A stretch of DNA of 64,000 nt from Halobacteriales archaeon QS_5_68_33 (GTDB lineage Archaea > Halobacteriota > Halobacteria > Halobacteriales > Haloarculaceae), in assembly GCA_003023785.1 (NCBI GenBank), contig PXRS01000077.1, forward strand, positions 57,033 to 121,032, in the 5' to 3' direction. Below are positions 19,869 through 29,565 of the stretch, piece by piece (positions within the stretch are counted from its first letter, which is position 1; every line of letters begins with the position of its first letter). The translations under genes were made by a program, and so were the position numbers. The notes under the pieces were generated by a model. It made no database searches and was not told the origin of the DNA. It saw nothing but the letters and a program-made list of their open reading frames with translations.

Positions 19869-20153
19869 ATGTCACGCGTTACCACGACCATGAGCCTCAG
19901 ATCGGCTTTGAGCGGATCGTGGTACGTGACGATCCCGGTGCTCGCGTTCCTGGGCTGGCTGGTGTTGCGGATGCTGGCGGTGTACGACTTCGTCGCGTCG
20001 GCCGGCGCCGACGGGCCGTTCATCGGGCGGGCGCTGGTCCCGGGCGTCGTCGGCCTCGTCGTCATGGGGGCCGTGGTGCTCCTGTTCCTCGTGCTGTTCA
20101 GCGAACTGGGCGAGGCGTCGCCGGGGCCGTCGCCGTGGCCGCCCGAGGAATGA
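19869..20153 (+). CDS. small two-TM membrane protein
   Basis: 94 aa with two hydrophobic helices, in an operon position. Confidence 0.6.
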   Translation: MSRVTTTMSLRSALSGSWYVTIPVLAFLGWLVLRMLAVYDFVASAGADGPFIGRALVPGVVGLVVMGAVVLLFLVLFSELGEASPGPSPWPPEE

Positions 20154-20293
20154 CGCAGTTCGAGTGCGCGGAGTGCGGCCAGCTAAGTCGGTTCCCGCCC
20201 GGGGACCGCGCGGAGTTCCGGATGGACTGTCCCGTCTGCGGCGAGGAGACGACCTGGCGCCGCGCGTTCGAGGGCGAGGGGGTGTCCTTTTGA
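20150..20293 (+). CDS. small zinc-ribbon protein (47 aa)
   Basis: CAEC...CPVC pairs. The ATG overlaps the upstream stop (ATGA). Confidence 0.55.
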   Translation: MTQFECAECGQLSRFPPGDRAEFRMDCPVCGEETTWRRAFEGEGVSF

Positions 20294-20643
20294 CCGACCA
20301 CATCGCCTTCGAGGTCGACGACCGCTTCCGGGCGGCCGCCGAGGAGTGGGGCGACTCCCGGCTGATGGACTTCGAGGACGCCATGGAGTCGAAGGCCGAA
20401 CAGGCGCTCCTGGAGATCGAACACCTGGTTTCGGACGCGACCGAGGTGGAGTTCGCGGTCGAGGGTGCGACCGTTCGACACTACCCCAGCGACGAACTCG
20501 CGGCGTTTCTCGAACGGCAGGCCGGGGAGACGGGGCTGGACGAGAGCACGCTGTTGAAACTCCACGTCGACCTGTTCGCGCGGGTCTTCCTCGACGAGGA
20601 CACCCAGCGACCGCCGAACGCGCCGCCGACCGACGATTTCTGA
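20290..20643 (+). CDS. acidic hypothetical protein
   Basis: A TTG start overlaps the upstream stop (TTGA). 117 aa with acidic composition (TDHIAFEVDDRFRAAAEEWGD...). Confidence 0.5.
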   Translation: MTDHIAFEVDDRFRAAAEEWGDSRLMDFEDAMESKAEQALLEIEHLVSDATEVEFAVEGATVRHYPSDELAAFLERQAGETGLDESTLLKLHVDLFARVFLDEDTQRPPNAPPTDDF

Positions 20644-20644
20644 C

Positions 20645-21886
20645 TTAGTTCTCGCCCGCGAACAGCGGGAACGAGCGGGCCTTGCGCGGCGGGACGTAGA
20701 AGTTCGCCCGCGACTGGACGGTGATGAACGCCAGGAGGCCGTTGTTCTTCCGGTCGGTGATGGCGGGGTGTTCGTCGCGCAGGTACCAGCCGTTCATCGC
20801 CTTGCGGGTCTTCCGGAAGTCGGCGAGGTCGCGCTGGAGCGCGAGGAAGTGGACACCGGCCTGTCCGCCGTCGACGGTGTTGAAGTCCCGCCGGAGGACG
20901 ACCGGTTCGCCGTCCTCGCGGGCGCGGGCGACCTTCTCGTGGTGGCCGACCCGCCCCTCCTCCTGGGCGTGTTCGCGGACCGCGTCGTCGAACGGGACGG
21001 TCCCCGCGAAGTCGGTGACGTCCTCGGGGGACACGTCCGACGCGAACATATGGGCGACCCTGTCAGGGACGTCGAAGTCGTTCCACCACCGGTCCAGGTC
21101 CTCGGTGAGGTGGCTCAGGTGCATCGTCGTCCCGCCGGCGAACGGACCGTCCCGGATCGCGACGCGGTCCTCGCTGGCCTGGGTCCCCTTGCGCCCGGAG
21201 AAGAAGCCGGTGAACATCGGGTCCTCGGCCGAGAGCGCACCCGTCGGGATCCCCTCGGCGTGGGCGTGCTCCCTGGGGAGTCCCTCGCCCATGAAGCCTG
21301 TGCGCCGCGCCGACACGGAGAAGGCGTCGCCGAGGCGGACCTCGACGGGTTCGCCGTTCAGTTCGTCGCGGTCCCCGAACAGCGCGTTCTCGACGGCGGT
21401 CAGGTGCGACGGCGTGTCGCTCTCGAGGACCAGCGCCGCGTCGAACGACAGAAGGTCGGGGTCATCCGTCCGCGAGAGGACCTCCGGGCGCTCGATGGGG
21501 GCGCGCTCCAGTTCGCCGATGCGCTCGAAGTAGTCGGTCCCCCACGCGAGCATGTGGAGGAGGCCGTCGGGTGCCCACTCGAAGGCCGCCTCCAGGGTGC
21601 GCATCGACCGCTCGACGGCGCGGGCCGCCTCGTTCGACGGGGCGACGTCCAGCGACAACAGGAGCACGCGGTGGTACTGGGGGGCCAACGGGTTCCCGGC
21701 GGAGTCCGTCGGGAGGAACTCGTTGTGTCCGAACTGCGTCTCGGGGAGCGCGTCGGCGTGGGGGTTGGCCGCCAGTCCCGGGACGCCCTCGCCGGGCCCG
21801 GGGTCTAACATCCGACTGCATCCCGTGAGCCCGGCCGCTCCCGAGGCCACGGCCAGTCGCCGGAGGACTGCTCGCCTGCTGGTCAC
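20645..21886 (-). CDS. Tat-exported lipoprotein, possibly DyP/EfeB-like
   Basis: Twin-arginine signal plus lipobox (SRRAVLRRLAVASGAAGLTGC). The C-terminal region (GHHEKVAR...VLRRDFNTV..GVHFLALQRDLADF) resembles DyP-type peroxidases. The functional assignment is weak. Confidence 0.6.
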   Translation of the reverse strand: MTSRRAVLRRLAVASGAAGLTGCSRMLDPGPGEGVPGLAANPHADALPETQFGHNEFLPTDSAGNPLAPQYHRVLLLSLDVAPSNEAARAVERSMRTLEAAFEWAPDGLLHMLAWGTDYFERIGELERAPIERPEVLSRTDDPDLLSFDAALVLESDTPSHLTAVENALFGDRDELNGEPVEVRLGDAFSVSARRTGFMGEGLPREHAHAEGIPTGALSAEDPMFTGFFSGRKGTQASEDRVAIRDGPFAGGTTMHLSHLTEDLDRWWNDFDVPDRVAHMFASDVSPEDVTDFAGTVPFDDAVREHAQEEGRVGHHEKVARAREDGEPVVLRRDFNTVDGGQAGVHFLALQRDLADFRKTRKAMNGWYLRDEHPAITDRKNNGLLAFITVQSRANFYVPPRKARSFPLFAGEN

Positions 21887-22116
21887 GGGTTGCCCACCCT
21901 AGCGCTTAGACCACCAAAAGGGTGACTCACGCCCTGACCCTCCGGGATCCCGGCGGGGTGGTGCGGTCGGTGACCCCAGTGATGGCTCCGAGATACGTCC
22001 GGTGGAGCGGCTGACCGCCAGCCCCCGGGCGGGTCGCGCGCTCGCGAGGGCCGACTTATCTGCCAGGATAGAGGTGTGCGAGGGCTTTTGGTCTCAGATC
22101 CCCAACGAACGTGTGA

Positions 22117-22290
22117 ATGCCGTTCGTCCCGTCCGCCCCGGTGCACGTCGAACCCGAGTTGCCGCTGTCGACGGAGGCGGCGCTGCCGATCATGGCGCTC
22201 GGGGCGCTCGTGCTCGCCGTCGTCGCCTACGACGCCTACCGGGTGTACGGGGACCGGGTGGCACCGGAGACGAACTCAGACGATGTCTAA
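22117..22290 (+). CDS. small membrane protein (57 aa)
   Basis: Hand-read ORF MPFVPSAPVHVEPELPLSTEAALPIMALGALVLAVVAYDAYRVYG... Its stop overlaps the next start (ATGTCTAA). Confidence 0.4.
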   Translation: MPFVPSAPVHVEPELPLSTEAALPIMALGALVLAVVAYDAYRVYGDRVAPETNSDDV

Positions 22291-22543
22291 CACGACAGCC
22301 CACCCCGTTCCGAAGCCGTTCAGGTACCTCAGGATCGCCGTCTACCTGCTGGCGTCCCTGGTCGGGCTCTCCCTGCTCGTCGTGGGGACCGTCGCGGTCA
22401 TCGCCGAACTGAAGGGGACCTGGCACTGGGCGATCCACCTCGAATCGACGATCAGCTACATGGGCGTCTTCGTCAGCTGGCTCCTGGTGGCGCTCGTGCC
22501 CCTGACCGTGGCGCTTTTCGTCGGGAGGGCGCTCTATGAGTGA
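22283..22543 (+). CDS. small membrane protein (86 aa)
   Basis: Internal ATG of track ORF 22076..22543. Two TM helices. Confidence 0.5.
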   Translation: MSNTTAHPVPKPFRYLRIAVYLLASLVGLSLLVVGTVAVIAELKGTWHWAIHLESTISYMGVFVSWLLVALVPLTVALFVGRALYE

Positions 22544-22769
22544 GCGCCGCGCCTCCCTGGCCGGGGTCGTCCCGGCGGCCGGCCTCGTCCTCGCCGTCTT
22601 CGGGGTGGGCGCCGTCGCGATGTACGCCGAGTCCCGGCGCGACTGGGGGAGTTACTTCCTGATGGAACGGGCCATGAGCGTCGGCGCCGACCTCGTGGTA
22701 CCGTTGCTGGTGCTCGCCCTTCTGGGCTGTTTCGCGCTCGTCGCCCTCGCCCCGCGCTTCGAGGAGTGA
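22536..22769 (+). CDS. small membrane protein (77 aa)
   Basis: Two TM helices; the start overlaps the previous stop by 8 nt. Confidence 0.5.
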   Translation: MSERRASLAGVVPAAGLVLAVFGVGAVAMYAESRRDWGSYFLMERAMSVGADLVVPLLVLALLGCFALVALAPRFEE

Positions 22770-22831
22770 CCGCCACGCCGGGGCCTGCACCGAACTTTTA
22801 TGCGGGCGGCCGGCCATTGAATTGCTAGAGC

Positions 22832-22966
22832 ATGTCACACCAGGACACGGGCTGGCGACCGACGACCGTCGAGACCTACGACGGGTTCGAGGTCCACGAC
22901 CACGGGGTCTGGCCGACGGAATTCAACCACGGCGAGGTCGACGGCGACGTCTCGCTCATCGAGTGA
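22832..22966 (+). CDS. possible small acidic protein (44 aa)
   Basis: Hand-read ORF MSHQDTGWRPTTVETYDGFEVHDHGVWPTEFNHGEVDGDVSLIE. Its TGA stop is followed by the family-1-like 7-mer TACGGTC. Confidence 0.3.
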   Translation: MSHQDTGWRPTTVETYDGFEVHDHGVWPTEFNHGEVDGDVSLIE

Positions 22967-22994
22967 TACGGTCAGTCGCTCGCCGCGGCCCCTC

Positions 22995-23627
22995 TCACCC
23001 CGGGACCATCTGGGCGACGAGTTCGTCCTCGAAGCTGAGGAGGCCGCGGAAGACGAGTCCGGCGGCCAGGAACAGGCCGGGGTCGGCCTCCTCGCGCAGC
23101 TCCGCGAGGAAGGGGTCGACCCACGGCAGGAGGTGCTCGTCGAGGAAGACCCGCTCGTAGCCGAAGGCCGCCTCCTCGCCGCCGCGCTGGCGCTCGACGA
23201 GGTGGCGCAGGAAGGCCAGTTCGACCGCAATGAAGTCGGCCTCCTCGGGGTAGTCCTCGGCGGGTTCCCAGCCCACGGCGGCGTAGCTCTCCTCGACGTC
23301 GGCGACGCCCTCCCCGAGGAAGTCCGCGTCCTCGCGGTAGTAGGTTTCGTGGGGCAACACCGGCGGCCGCGGCCCGACGAACAGCCGGGTGTACTCCCGT
23401 TCCAGTTCCCTCCGGACCGCGTCGACCTCGCGGTCGCGGTTGTCGGCGACCCACTCGTCGAGCATCGCGAACCCCTCGTCGAGGGTGGGCGTGACCGACT
23501 CCTCGGGCAACTCGACGTCGCCCGCGAGGAGGTTGGCGACGAAGGCCTCGGTCGGCGCGTCCCAGAAGGCCTCGACGAGGAAATCGAGCATCTCCAGGCG
23601 CGCCTCGTAGACCGCCCCGTCGTCCAT
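22995..23627 (-). CDS. TorD/DmsD-family redox-enzyme maturation chaperone
   Basis: 210 aa from MDDGAVYEARLEMLDFLVEAFWDAP...EREYTRLFVGP... The start overlaps the upstream stop by 1 nt. Confidence 0.7.
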   Translation of the reverse strand: MDDGAVYEARLEMLDFLVEAFWDAPTEAFVANLLAGDVELPEESVTPTLDEGFAMLDEWVADNRDREVDAVRRELEREYTRLFVGPRPPVLPHETYYREDADFLGEGVADVEESYAAVGWEPAEDYPEEADFIAVELAFLRHLVERQRGGEEAAFGYERVFLDEHLLPWVDPFLAELREEADPGLFLAAGLVFRGLLSFEDELVAQMVPG

Positions 23628-25825
23628 CAGCGCCCACCCCCCTCGAACAGGAGCGTGGCGCGACAGTCGCCGCAGTACTCGAAGATGCTGTGCTCGCTCT
23701 CGGGGGCGATCCCCTCGACGAGGTCGCCGACCTCCGCCTCGATGGCCGCGGCGGTGCCGGCGCTCGCGAACGCTTTCCCGCACCGGACGCACTCCAGCAT
23801 CTCGCCGTCGTGGACCCGGGTCCACTCCGGGTCCTCGCCCTTCCGATTCTCGGGCAATAGCGACAGGTCGAGGCCGTCTTCCATGGTGATGGCCGTTTCG
23901 GGACAGCCCTCCTCGCAGAGCCCGCAGTTGACACAGCGCTCGTGGTTGAACTCCAGGTCGGCGTCCTCGGTGCGGCGGATGGCGTCGGTCGGGCACAGCG
24001 TCGAGCAGGTCGGCGTGAGATTACAGGCGTCGGAGACGTCCATCCGGCCGAAGTCCTTCAGCCCGCGGACCACCTCCCGCTCCGGGTCGGCGTGCTCGAC
24101 GATCCGGCGGACGCTCTCCAGGGTCCACTCGTGGCTGTTGAACGGCGGCCGGTCGGTGCGGGCGCCTCCGGGGGCGGTGGGCGCTCCGGCGGCGGTCCCG
24201 CCGTCGGTGGCCACGGCGTCGGACCCGTGGCCGCTGTGTGCCACGCCCGCGGCCTCGTAGCCGTCGCTCGGGACCGGCGACTCGTCGAGGCCGACCGCGA
24301 ACGTCGAGAGGGCCTCGACGAACGCGCCGGGGTCGTCGGCGCCGGGTGCGAAGAACCCGACGCGCTCGCCGAGGCCGAGGTCCCGCGTCGCGCGACCGAG
24401 GCGGTCGACGAGCGCCGTCTTCGGGTCGGGCCCGGAGTGGAGACAGTCCCCGCCACAGCCGACGATGGCGACGCCGTCGGCGCCGGCGGCGAGCGCGTGC
24501 ATCACGTGGGCTTCGCCGACCGTGTCCGTGCAGTTGACCTCTACGGGCAGGACCGGCGGGTACGCCAAGTCCTCGCCCGAGCGCGCCCGCCGGCCGTACG
24601 TGCGGAGTCGCTCGCGTGCGCGCTCCGAGCAGACGAACGCGACGACCTCCCGTTCGATGGCGGCGTCGGACCCCCAGGGGAGCCAGCCGCCGTCGTCGGT
24701 CCCGGTCGAGAGCAGCGCCTCCACCTCGCGGGCGATTCGCTCGTTGCCGGGTTCGCGGAGTTTCGTCGCGCCCGTCGGGCAGGCGCTCGTACACGCGCCG
24801 CAGTTCTGACAGGAGACGGGGTCGAACGACACCTCGTCGACGGCGACACGGTCGACCGCGCCGTGGGGGCAGGCGTCCGAGCAGGCGGTACACCCCTGCT
24901 GGCTCGACTCGCCCGCGGCACAGACGTTCATCTCCAGGTCGAGGAAGGCCGGCCGCTCGACGCCGCCGCAGTTCGAGACCACCGCCGAGACCGTCTCGGC
25001 GTCGACCGGACCGGTGTAAAATCCCAGCTGACCGCCGCGGGCCGGCGTCTCGTCGTCCGGGAAGACCACCTGGTCGAACTCCAGCGTCCGGGTGACCCCC
25101 TCCAGGTCGATGGCGTCGGTGGGACAGACCTCGACCCACTCGCCGTCCGGGGCGTCCGGGTCGATATCGACGGGCGCCGAGGTTACCTGTCCGTCGGGGC
25201 CCTCGTGGACGCAGTCCATGCAGGCGATGCAGTCCTCGGTGACGCGGGCCTCGACGGTCACCGCGAACTCGCCGTAGGACCCGGCGACGTCGAGGACGCG
25301 GCCGCGCTCGACGGTCACGTCGTCGAGGCCCTCGGCGTCGCTGAAATCGCGGCCGTCGGCGACCAGGGTGACCTCGGCCGACTCGGCCAGCGAGCGCGCG
25401 GCCTCGGGGTCGCCGACGACGGCGACGGCGTCGCCGGCCTCGCGGGAGACGGTCCGGGAGACGGCCTCCTCGCGGCGGCCGGCGACGGTCGCGTTTATCA
25501 CCCGCGCGGTTTTCTCGGTCGCCGCCTCGCTGTCGTGGACCCACGCCGCCTCCTCGCGGTGGTTGACGAAAGCGGCCGCCTCCGGGTGGAGGTCGGCCGT
25601 CTCGACGAACCGCCGGATGCGGCGCTGACAGGACCGGTCCGGCGCGGTCACGACGAGTTCGTCCAGGTCGTACTCGTCGACGACCTGCGCCATCGCGTCG
25701 AGCCCGTCCTGACAGAGCAGTTCCGAACTCGCCACCACGTCCACGTCACGCACGCCGTCCCGGACCCCTTCGAGGTCGACGTCACACGACCCGCCACACG
25801 AGCAGACGAATGCCCCGACGTTCAT
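23627..25825 (-). CDS. polyferredoxin with an MvhD/FlpD-like domain (Fe-S electron-transfer protein)
   Basis: Several CxxCxxCxxxCP clusters, and an MvhD-like block (VAFVCSERA...VNCTDTVGEAHVMHALAAGADGVAIVGCGGDCLHSG). C-terminal CxxC..CxxC ribbon. Confidence 0.75.
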   Translation of the reverse strand: MNVGAFVCSCGGSCDVDLEGVRDGVRDVDVVASSELLCQDGLDAMAQVVDEYDLDELVVTAPDRSCQRRIRRFVETADLHPEAAAFVNHREEAAWVHDSEAATEKTARVINATVAGRREEAVSRTVSREAGDAVAVVGDPEAARSLAESAEVTLVADGRDFSDAEGLDDVTVERGRVLDVAGSYGEFAVTVEARVTEDCIACMDCVHEGPDGQVTSAPVDIDPDAPDGEWVEVCPTDAIDLEGVTRTLEFDQVVFPDDETPARGGQLGFYTGPVDAETVSAVVSNCGGVERPAFLDLEMNVCAAGESSQQGCTACSDACPHGAVDRVAVDEVSFDPVSCQNCGACTSACPTGATKLREPGNERIAREVEALLSTGTDDGGWLPWGSDAAIEREVVAFVCSERARERLRTYGRRARSGEDLAYPPVLPVEVNCTDTVGEAHVMHALAAGADGVAIVGCGGDCLHSGPDPKTALVDRLGRATRDLGLGERVGFFAPGADDPGAFVEALSTFAVGLDESPVPSDGYEAAGVAHSGHGSDAVATDGGTAAGAPTAPGGARTDRPPFNSHEWTLESVRRIVEHADPEREVVRGLKDFGRMDVSDACNLTPTCSTLCPTDAIRRTEDADLEFNHERCVNCGLCEEGCPETAITMEDGLDLSLLPENRKGEDPEWTRVHDGEMLECVRCGKAFASAGTAAAIEAEVGDLVEGIAPESEHSIFEYCGDCRATLLFEGGGR

Positions 25826-25865
25826 CGGTCGTGGTTCGTGATAGCACACCTAAAGGGTTTGGTCA

Positions 25866-25943
25866 TACTGCCGGCTGTAAGTCTGTCAAGAATTTCGCCG
25901 CCCCGGAGCGGCGAATATCCTCACGGAGTTACAGCCGGCAGTA
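25866..25943. mobile_element. MITE-like hairpin element, family 3 (78 bp)
   Basis: TIRs TACTGCCGGCTGTAAGT ... ACTTACAGCCGGCAGTA-like. Flanked by TCA (25863-65) and TCA (25944-46). The core hairpin TTCGCCGC-CCCGGA-GCGGCGAA is related to the family 1 core. Confidence 0.75.
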
Positions 25944-26161
25944 TCAGCGGCCCGGACCGAACCCGCGTCCCGGAAGCCGGCATCAGACTGCGCCCGCGGG
26001 CGACCCCGGTTTCTGCCGCTCTCCGGACAACATGATAACATACTTTTTGCTTTTCGGTCAAACATTGCCGGGCATTTATCATAGATGCCACGCTATTGTA
26101 GTGCTAGTTGGTATCGAGTGGCAAAGAAACGGTGGAAGACGGTTCAGACAGACCAAACGAA

Positions 26162-29100
26162 ATGAGTTCAGAACCGGTATCACTCGACCTCGACCGGCGC
26201 TCGTTCATGAAAGCGAGCGCGCTGGCAGGCGGGGTAGTTCTCGGCGGGAGCGGAGTTGGACAGGCCCTCTCCGGGCGCACGGAGCAGGTCGACGGCGCAG
26301 ACACGGACGCGGAACTGACAAAGACCATCTGCAACTACTGTTCGGTCGGTTGCGGATTCCACGGCGAGCGCAAGGGCGACTCGTTCGTCGGGATGGAACC
26401 CTGGGAGGAACACCCCATCAACGCGGGGTCGCTCTGTTCCAAGGGGGCAGGCATCTACGAGACCGAACACTCCGAGAAGCGCCTCAAACACCCGATGATC
26501 CAGGAGGACGGCGAGTGGCACAAGCTCTCCTGGTCGGGGGCCTACGACCGCCTGGCGACCGACATCCGGGCGCTGTGGCCCGACGACGACACCAGCCCCT
26601 CGGAGGCGGTCGACGTCGACAGCGAGGCCAGCCGCGAGAGCGTCATGGTCCTGGGGAGCGCCCACCACTCCAACGAGGAGTCCTACGCTATCCGGAAGCT
26701 GGCGGCGTTCATGGGGACGAACAACATCGACCACCAGGCGCGCATCTGCCACTCCACGACGGTCGCTGGCCTCGCCAACACCTGGGGCTACGGTGCGATG
26801 ACCAACACGGTCACGGACTACCGGAACTTCGAACTGGACATCATCATCGGGCAGAACCCGGCCGAGGCCCACCCCATCGCGATGCAACACATCCTCGAGG
26901 GGCAGGCCCGCGGCGGTGACATCCTCGTCCTCGACCCCCGATTCACGAAGACGGCGGCCCACGCTGACGAGTTCATCCGGTTCCGGCCGGGGACCGACGT
27001 GGCGCTGATGATGGGCGTCATCAAGGACCTCCGGGACCGGCACGGCCTCGCGATGGACACGGACGCGGACGAGACGGGGCAGAACATGCTCACCGACCGC
27101 GTCCAGGGCTGGGAGGACGTCGACGCGGAACTCGACCGGTACGACAAGGAGACCGTCGCGGACATCACGTGGGTCTCCGAGGCGGACATCGAGCGGATCG
27201 CCGACATGATCCACGAAGCGCGCCCGCACGTCCAGATCGAGTGGGCGATGGGTGGCACCCAGCACAACAACGGCACCCAGAACATCCGCTCGTACGCCGC
27301 CGCGAGTCTCGCCTCCGGGAGCGCGGCCCGCAGCGGCGGCGGCCTGCAGGTCATGCGCGGGCACGCCAACGTCCAGGGCGCGACCGACCTCGCAGTGGCC
27401 AGTCACATCCTCCCGGGGTACTACGGGCTCACCCCGGGGGGCTGGTCCTGGTGGGCCGACATCTGGGACCTGAACCCCTACACCAGCGGGTCGACATCCT
27501 TCAAGGACCTCTACAGGAAGTTCGAGTTCCTCTCGCCCGAGAAGTTCGGCCGCCAGACCCCTGCGTTCCGGGAGGAGGAAGTGACCAACCTCCCGACATC
27601 CCACGACGACGAGGGACACAGCGCCGACGACCCGGCGACCAATTCGATGATGTTCCAGAACGGGTTGACGGTCGCCCGCTGGTTCGAGGCCGCCCTGGAC
27701 CAGGGAGACAGGTACCAGGAGACGCCGATCTACCAGCCCGACCAGGTGAAGATCGCCGTCTTCTGGGGCCACTCGGCCAACTCCATCAGCGAGATGGAGC
27801 AGATGAAAGCGGGCATGGAGAACCTGGACCTCCTCGTGGTGATCGACATCTTCCCGGGCGTCGCGACGGTGTTGCCCGACTACGAGGAGGGGCCACCGGT
27901 GCTCGTGTTGCCGGCCTCGAGCCAGTACGAGCACTACCGCTCGCTGACGAACACGAACCGGTCGGTCCAGTGGTCCGAGCCGGTCTCCAAGCCCAAGCAC
28001 AACTCGCGGCCCGACCTGCAGATCATGCAGGAACTGGCCGACCACCTGGGGTTCGGCGAGCATTTCGACTGGGGACAGGGCCCCGAGATGCACAACGGGA
28101 AGTCCAGCTACGAGGACGTCATCCGCGAGTTCAACCTGGGCACGATGACGATCGGGTACCGGCAGACGCCGGAACGGCTCCAGCAACACCTGGAGTACGA
28201 CTACGCGTTCTCCAACGACGACCTCAAGGGCGCCGCGGGGACGCCCGTCGCGGGCGAGTACTGGATGCTCCCCTGGCCCTGCTGGGGCGAGGGCCACCCG
28301 GGAACGCCGATCATCTGGAACGACGACATGGACCCCAACGACGGCGGACAGGACTTCCGGACCCGCTGGGGGCTCAAGGCACCGACGCCCGAGGAGTGGG
28401 AGGACGTGCCGGACCAGGACTACCCGCTCCAGGAGACGGTCGACGCCGTCGGCGACCGCTACGACAGCCGGGAGGAGGCGCTGGACATGACCCGCGCTCC
28501 GTACGTCCCCGACTGGGCCAGCGACGAGGACCTGGCGGACGACGGCCAGATCCACGGCGTCCCGGAGTATCCCGGGTGGAAAACGACGCCGCCGGAGAGC
28601 CTCATCGACCCGGGCCGGGAGGTCCAGCCCGACGAGCTGACGATCCCACAGCGCCACGCGCTGGACAACGACCGTTCGGTCTTCACTGCCGCACAGGCGC
28701 TCGACGATCCCGACACCGGGAGCGAGGCGTTCGACGAGCACCTCAGCGAGAAGATCTCCCCCAGCGTCGACCCGTCGATCTACGAGGAGTACGATTACAG
28801 ACAGCCCGACGCCCCGACCGGTCGCGGGCGGGCACGAGCCGTCGCCTGGAATTTCCTCGACACGGTGCCGGTCCACCGCGAGCCCATCGAGAGCCCGCGG
28901 CCGGACCTGGTCGAGGAGTGGCCCGCCAACGGCCAGCAGCTGAACTTCTACCGCCTCGACCAGAACAACGCCGCGGAACAGCAGCGGGCGATGGACATCA
29001 TCCACAACCAGGACGACGGGCCGGACCTGGACACCATCATGACGACCGGCAGACAGGTCGAACACCAGGGGGGCGGTTCGGAGACGCGGTCGAACATCCA

Positions 29101-29554
29101 CACCGCCGACCTGCAACCGCACATGTACGCCGAGATCACGCCGGCCAAGGCCGAGGAACTCGGCGTCGACGGCGGCGACCTCGTCGTCATCACCTCGACC
29201 GACCGCGGGTCGGTCCTCGTGAAGGCCCGGGTGACCGACCGCCCCAACGACGAGGAAGTGTTCCTCCCGTTCCACTGGGGCGGGGTCTTCAAGGGCAAGA
29301 GCCAGGAGGACCAGTACCCGCCGGGTACCGTTCCCTACGCCATCGGCGACTCGGCGAACGCCATCACATCGCGGGGTTATGACGTCGAGACCCAGATGCA
29401 GGAGACGAAGGTGTCGATGGTCGGCGTCCGCCCGGCGACGGACGAACTGCTCGAGGAACTCAACATGGACGTCGACATGGAGTTCCCGCAGGACCGCGAG
29501 GACGTCGGCGGGCAGAAGAACTTCGACGTCCGTGACGGGAGCACGGTCCAGTGA
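26162..29554 (+). CDS. Tat-exported formate dehydrogenase catalytic subunit (FdnG-like, Cys form)
   Basis: Twin-arginine signal DRRSFMKASALAGG, a CNYCSVGCG Fe-S motif, a Cys-His pair (ARICHSTTV), and bis-MGD domains with long insertions. Confidence 0.85.
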   Translation: MSSEPVSLDLDRRSFMKASALAGGVVLGGSGVGQALSGRTEQVDGADTDAELTKTICNYCSVGCGFHGERKGDSFVGMEPWEEHPINAGSLCSKGAGIYETEHSEKRLKHPMIQEDGEWHKLSWSGAYDRLATDIRALWPDDDTSPSEAVDVDSEASRESVMVLGSAHHSNEESYAIRKLAAFMGTNNIDHQARICHSTTVAGLANTWGYGAMTNTVTDYRNFELDIIIGQNPAEAHPIAMQHILEGQARGGDILVLDPRFTKTAAHADEFIRFRPGTDVALMMGVIKDLRDRHGLAMDTDADETGQNMLTDRVQGWEDVDAELDRYDKETVADITWVSEADIERIADMIHEARPHVQIEWAMGGTQHNNGTQNIRSYAAASLASGSAARSGGGLQVMRGHANVQGATDLAVASHILPGYYGLTPGGWSWWADIWDLNPYTSGSTSFKDLYRKFEFLSPEKFGRQTPAFREEEVTNLPTSHDDEGHSADDPATNSMMFQNGLTVARWFEAALDQGDRYQETPIYQPDQVKIAVFWGHSANSISEMEQMKAGMENLDLLVVIDIFPGVATVLPDYEEGPPVLVLPASSQYEHYRSLTNTNRSVQWSEPVSKPKHNSRPDLQIMQELADHLGFGEHFDWGQGPEMHNGKSSYEDVIREFNLGTMTIGYRQTPERLQQHLEYDYAFSNDDLKGAAGTPVAGEYWMLPWPCWGEGHPGTPIIWNDDMDPNDGGQDFRTRWGLKAPTPEEWEDVPDQDYPLQETVDAVGDRYDSREEALDMTRAPYVPDWASDEDLADDGQIHGVPEYPGWKTTPPESLIDPGREVQPDELTIPQRHALDNDRSVFTAAQALDDPDTGSEAFDEHLSEKISPSVDPSIYEEYDYRQPDAPTGRGRARAVAWNFLDTVPVHREPIESPRPDLVEEWPANGQQLNFYRLDQNNAAEQQRAMDIIHNQDDGPDLDTIMTTGRQVEHQGGGSETRSNIHTADLQPHMYAEITPAKAEELGVDGGDLVVITSTDRGSVLVKARVTDRPNDEEVFLPFHWGGVFKGKSQEDQYPPGTVPYAIGDSANAITSRGYDVETQMQETKVSMVGVRPATDELLEELNMDVDMEFPQDREDVGGQKNFDVRDGSTVQ

Positions 29555-29565
29555 GGTGACCACGA

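Noticed and set aside
22964-22997. TGA-TACGGTC fragment between the small ORF and the torD-like gene, as a solo TIR.
   Set aside because: Only 7 nt of the TIR are present. It is mentioned under the stop-codon finding but not called as a feature.
15082-29554. Selenocysteine or pyrrolysine recoding in the two formate dehydrogenases and the MttB homologue.
   Set aside because: All three ORFs are uninterrupted. Both FDHs have Cys at the Cys/Sec-His position, and the MttB homologue has no in-frame TAG.
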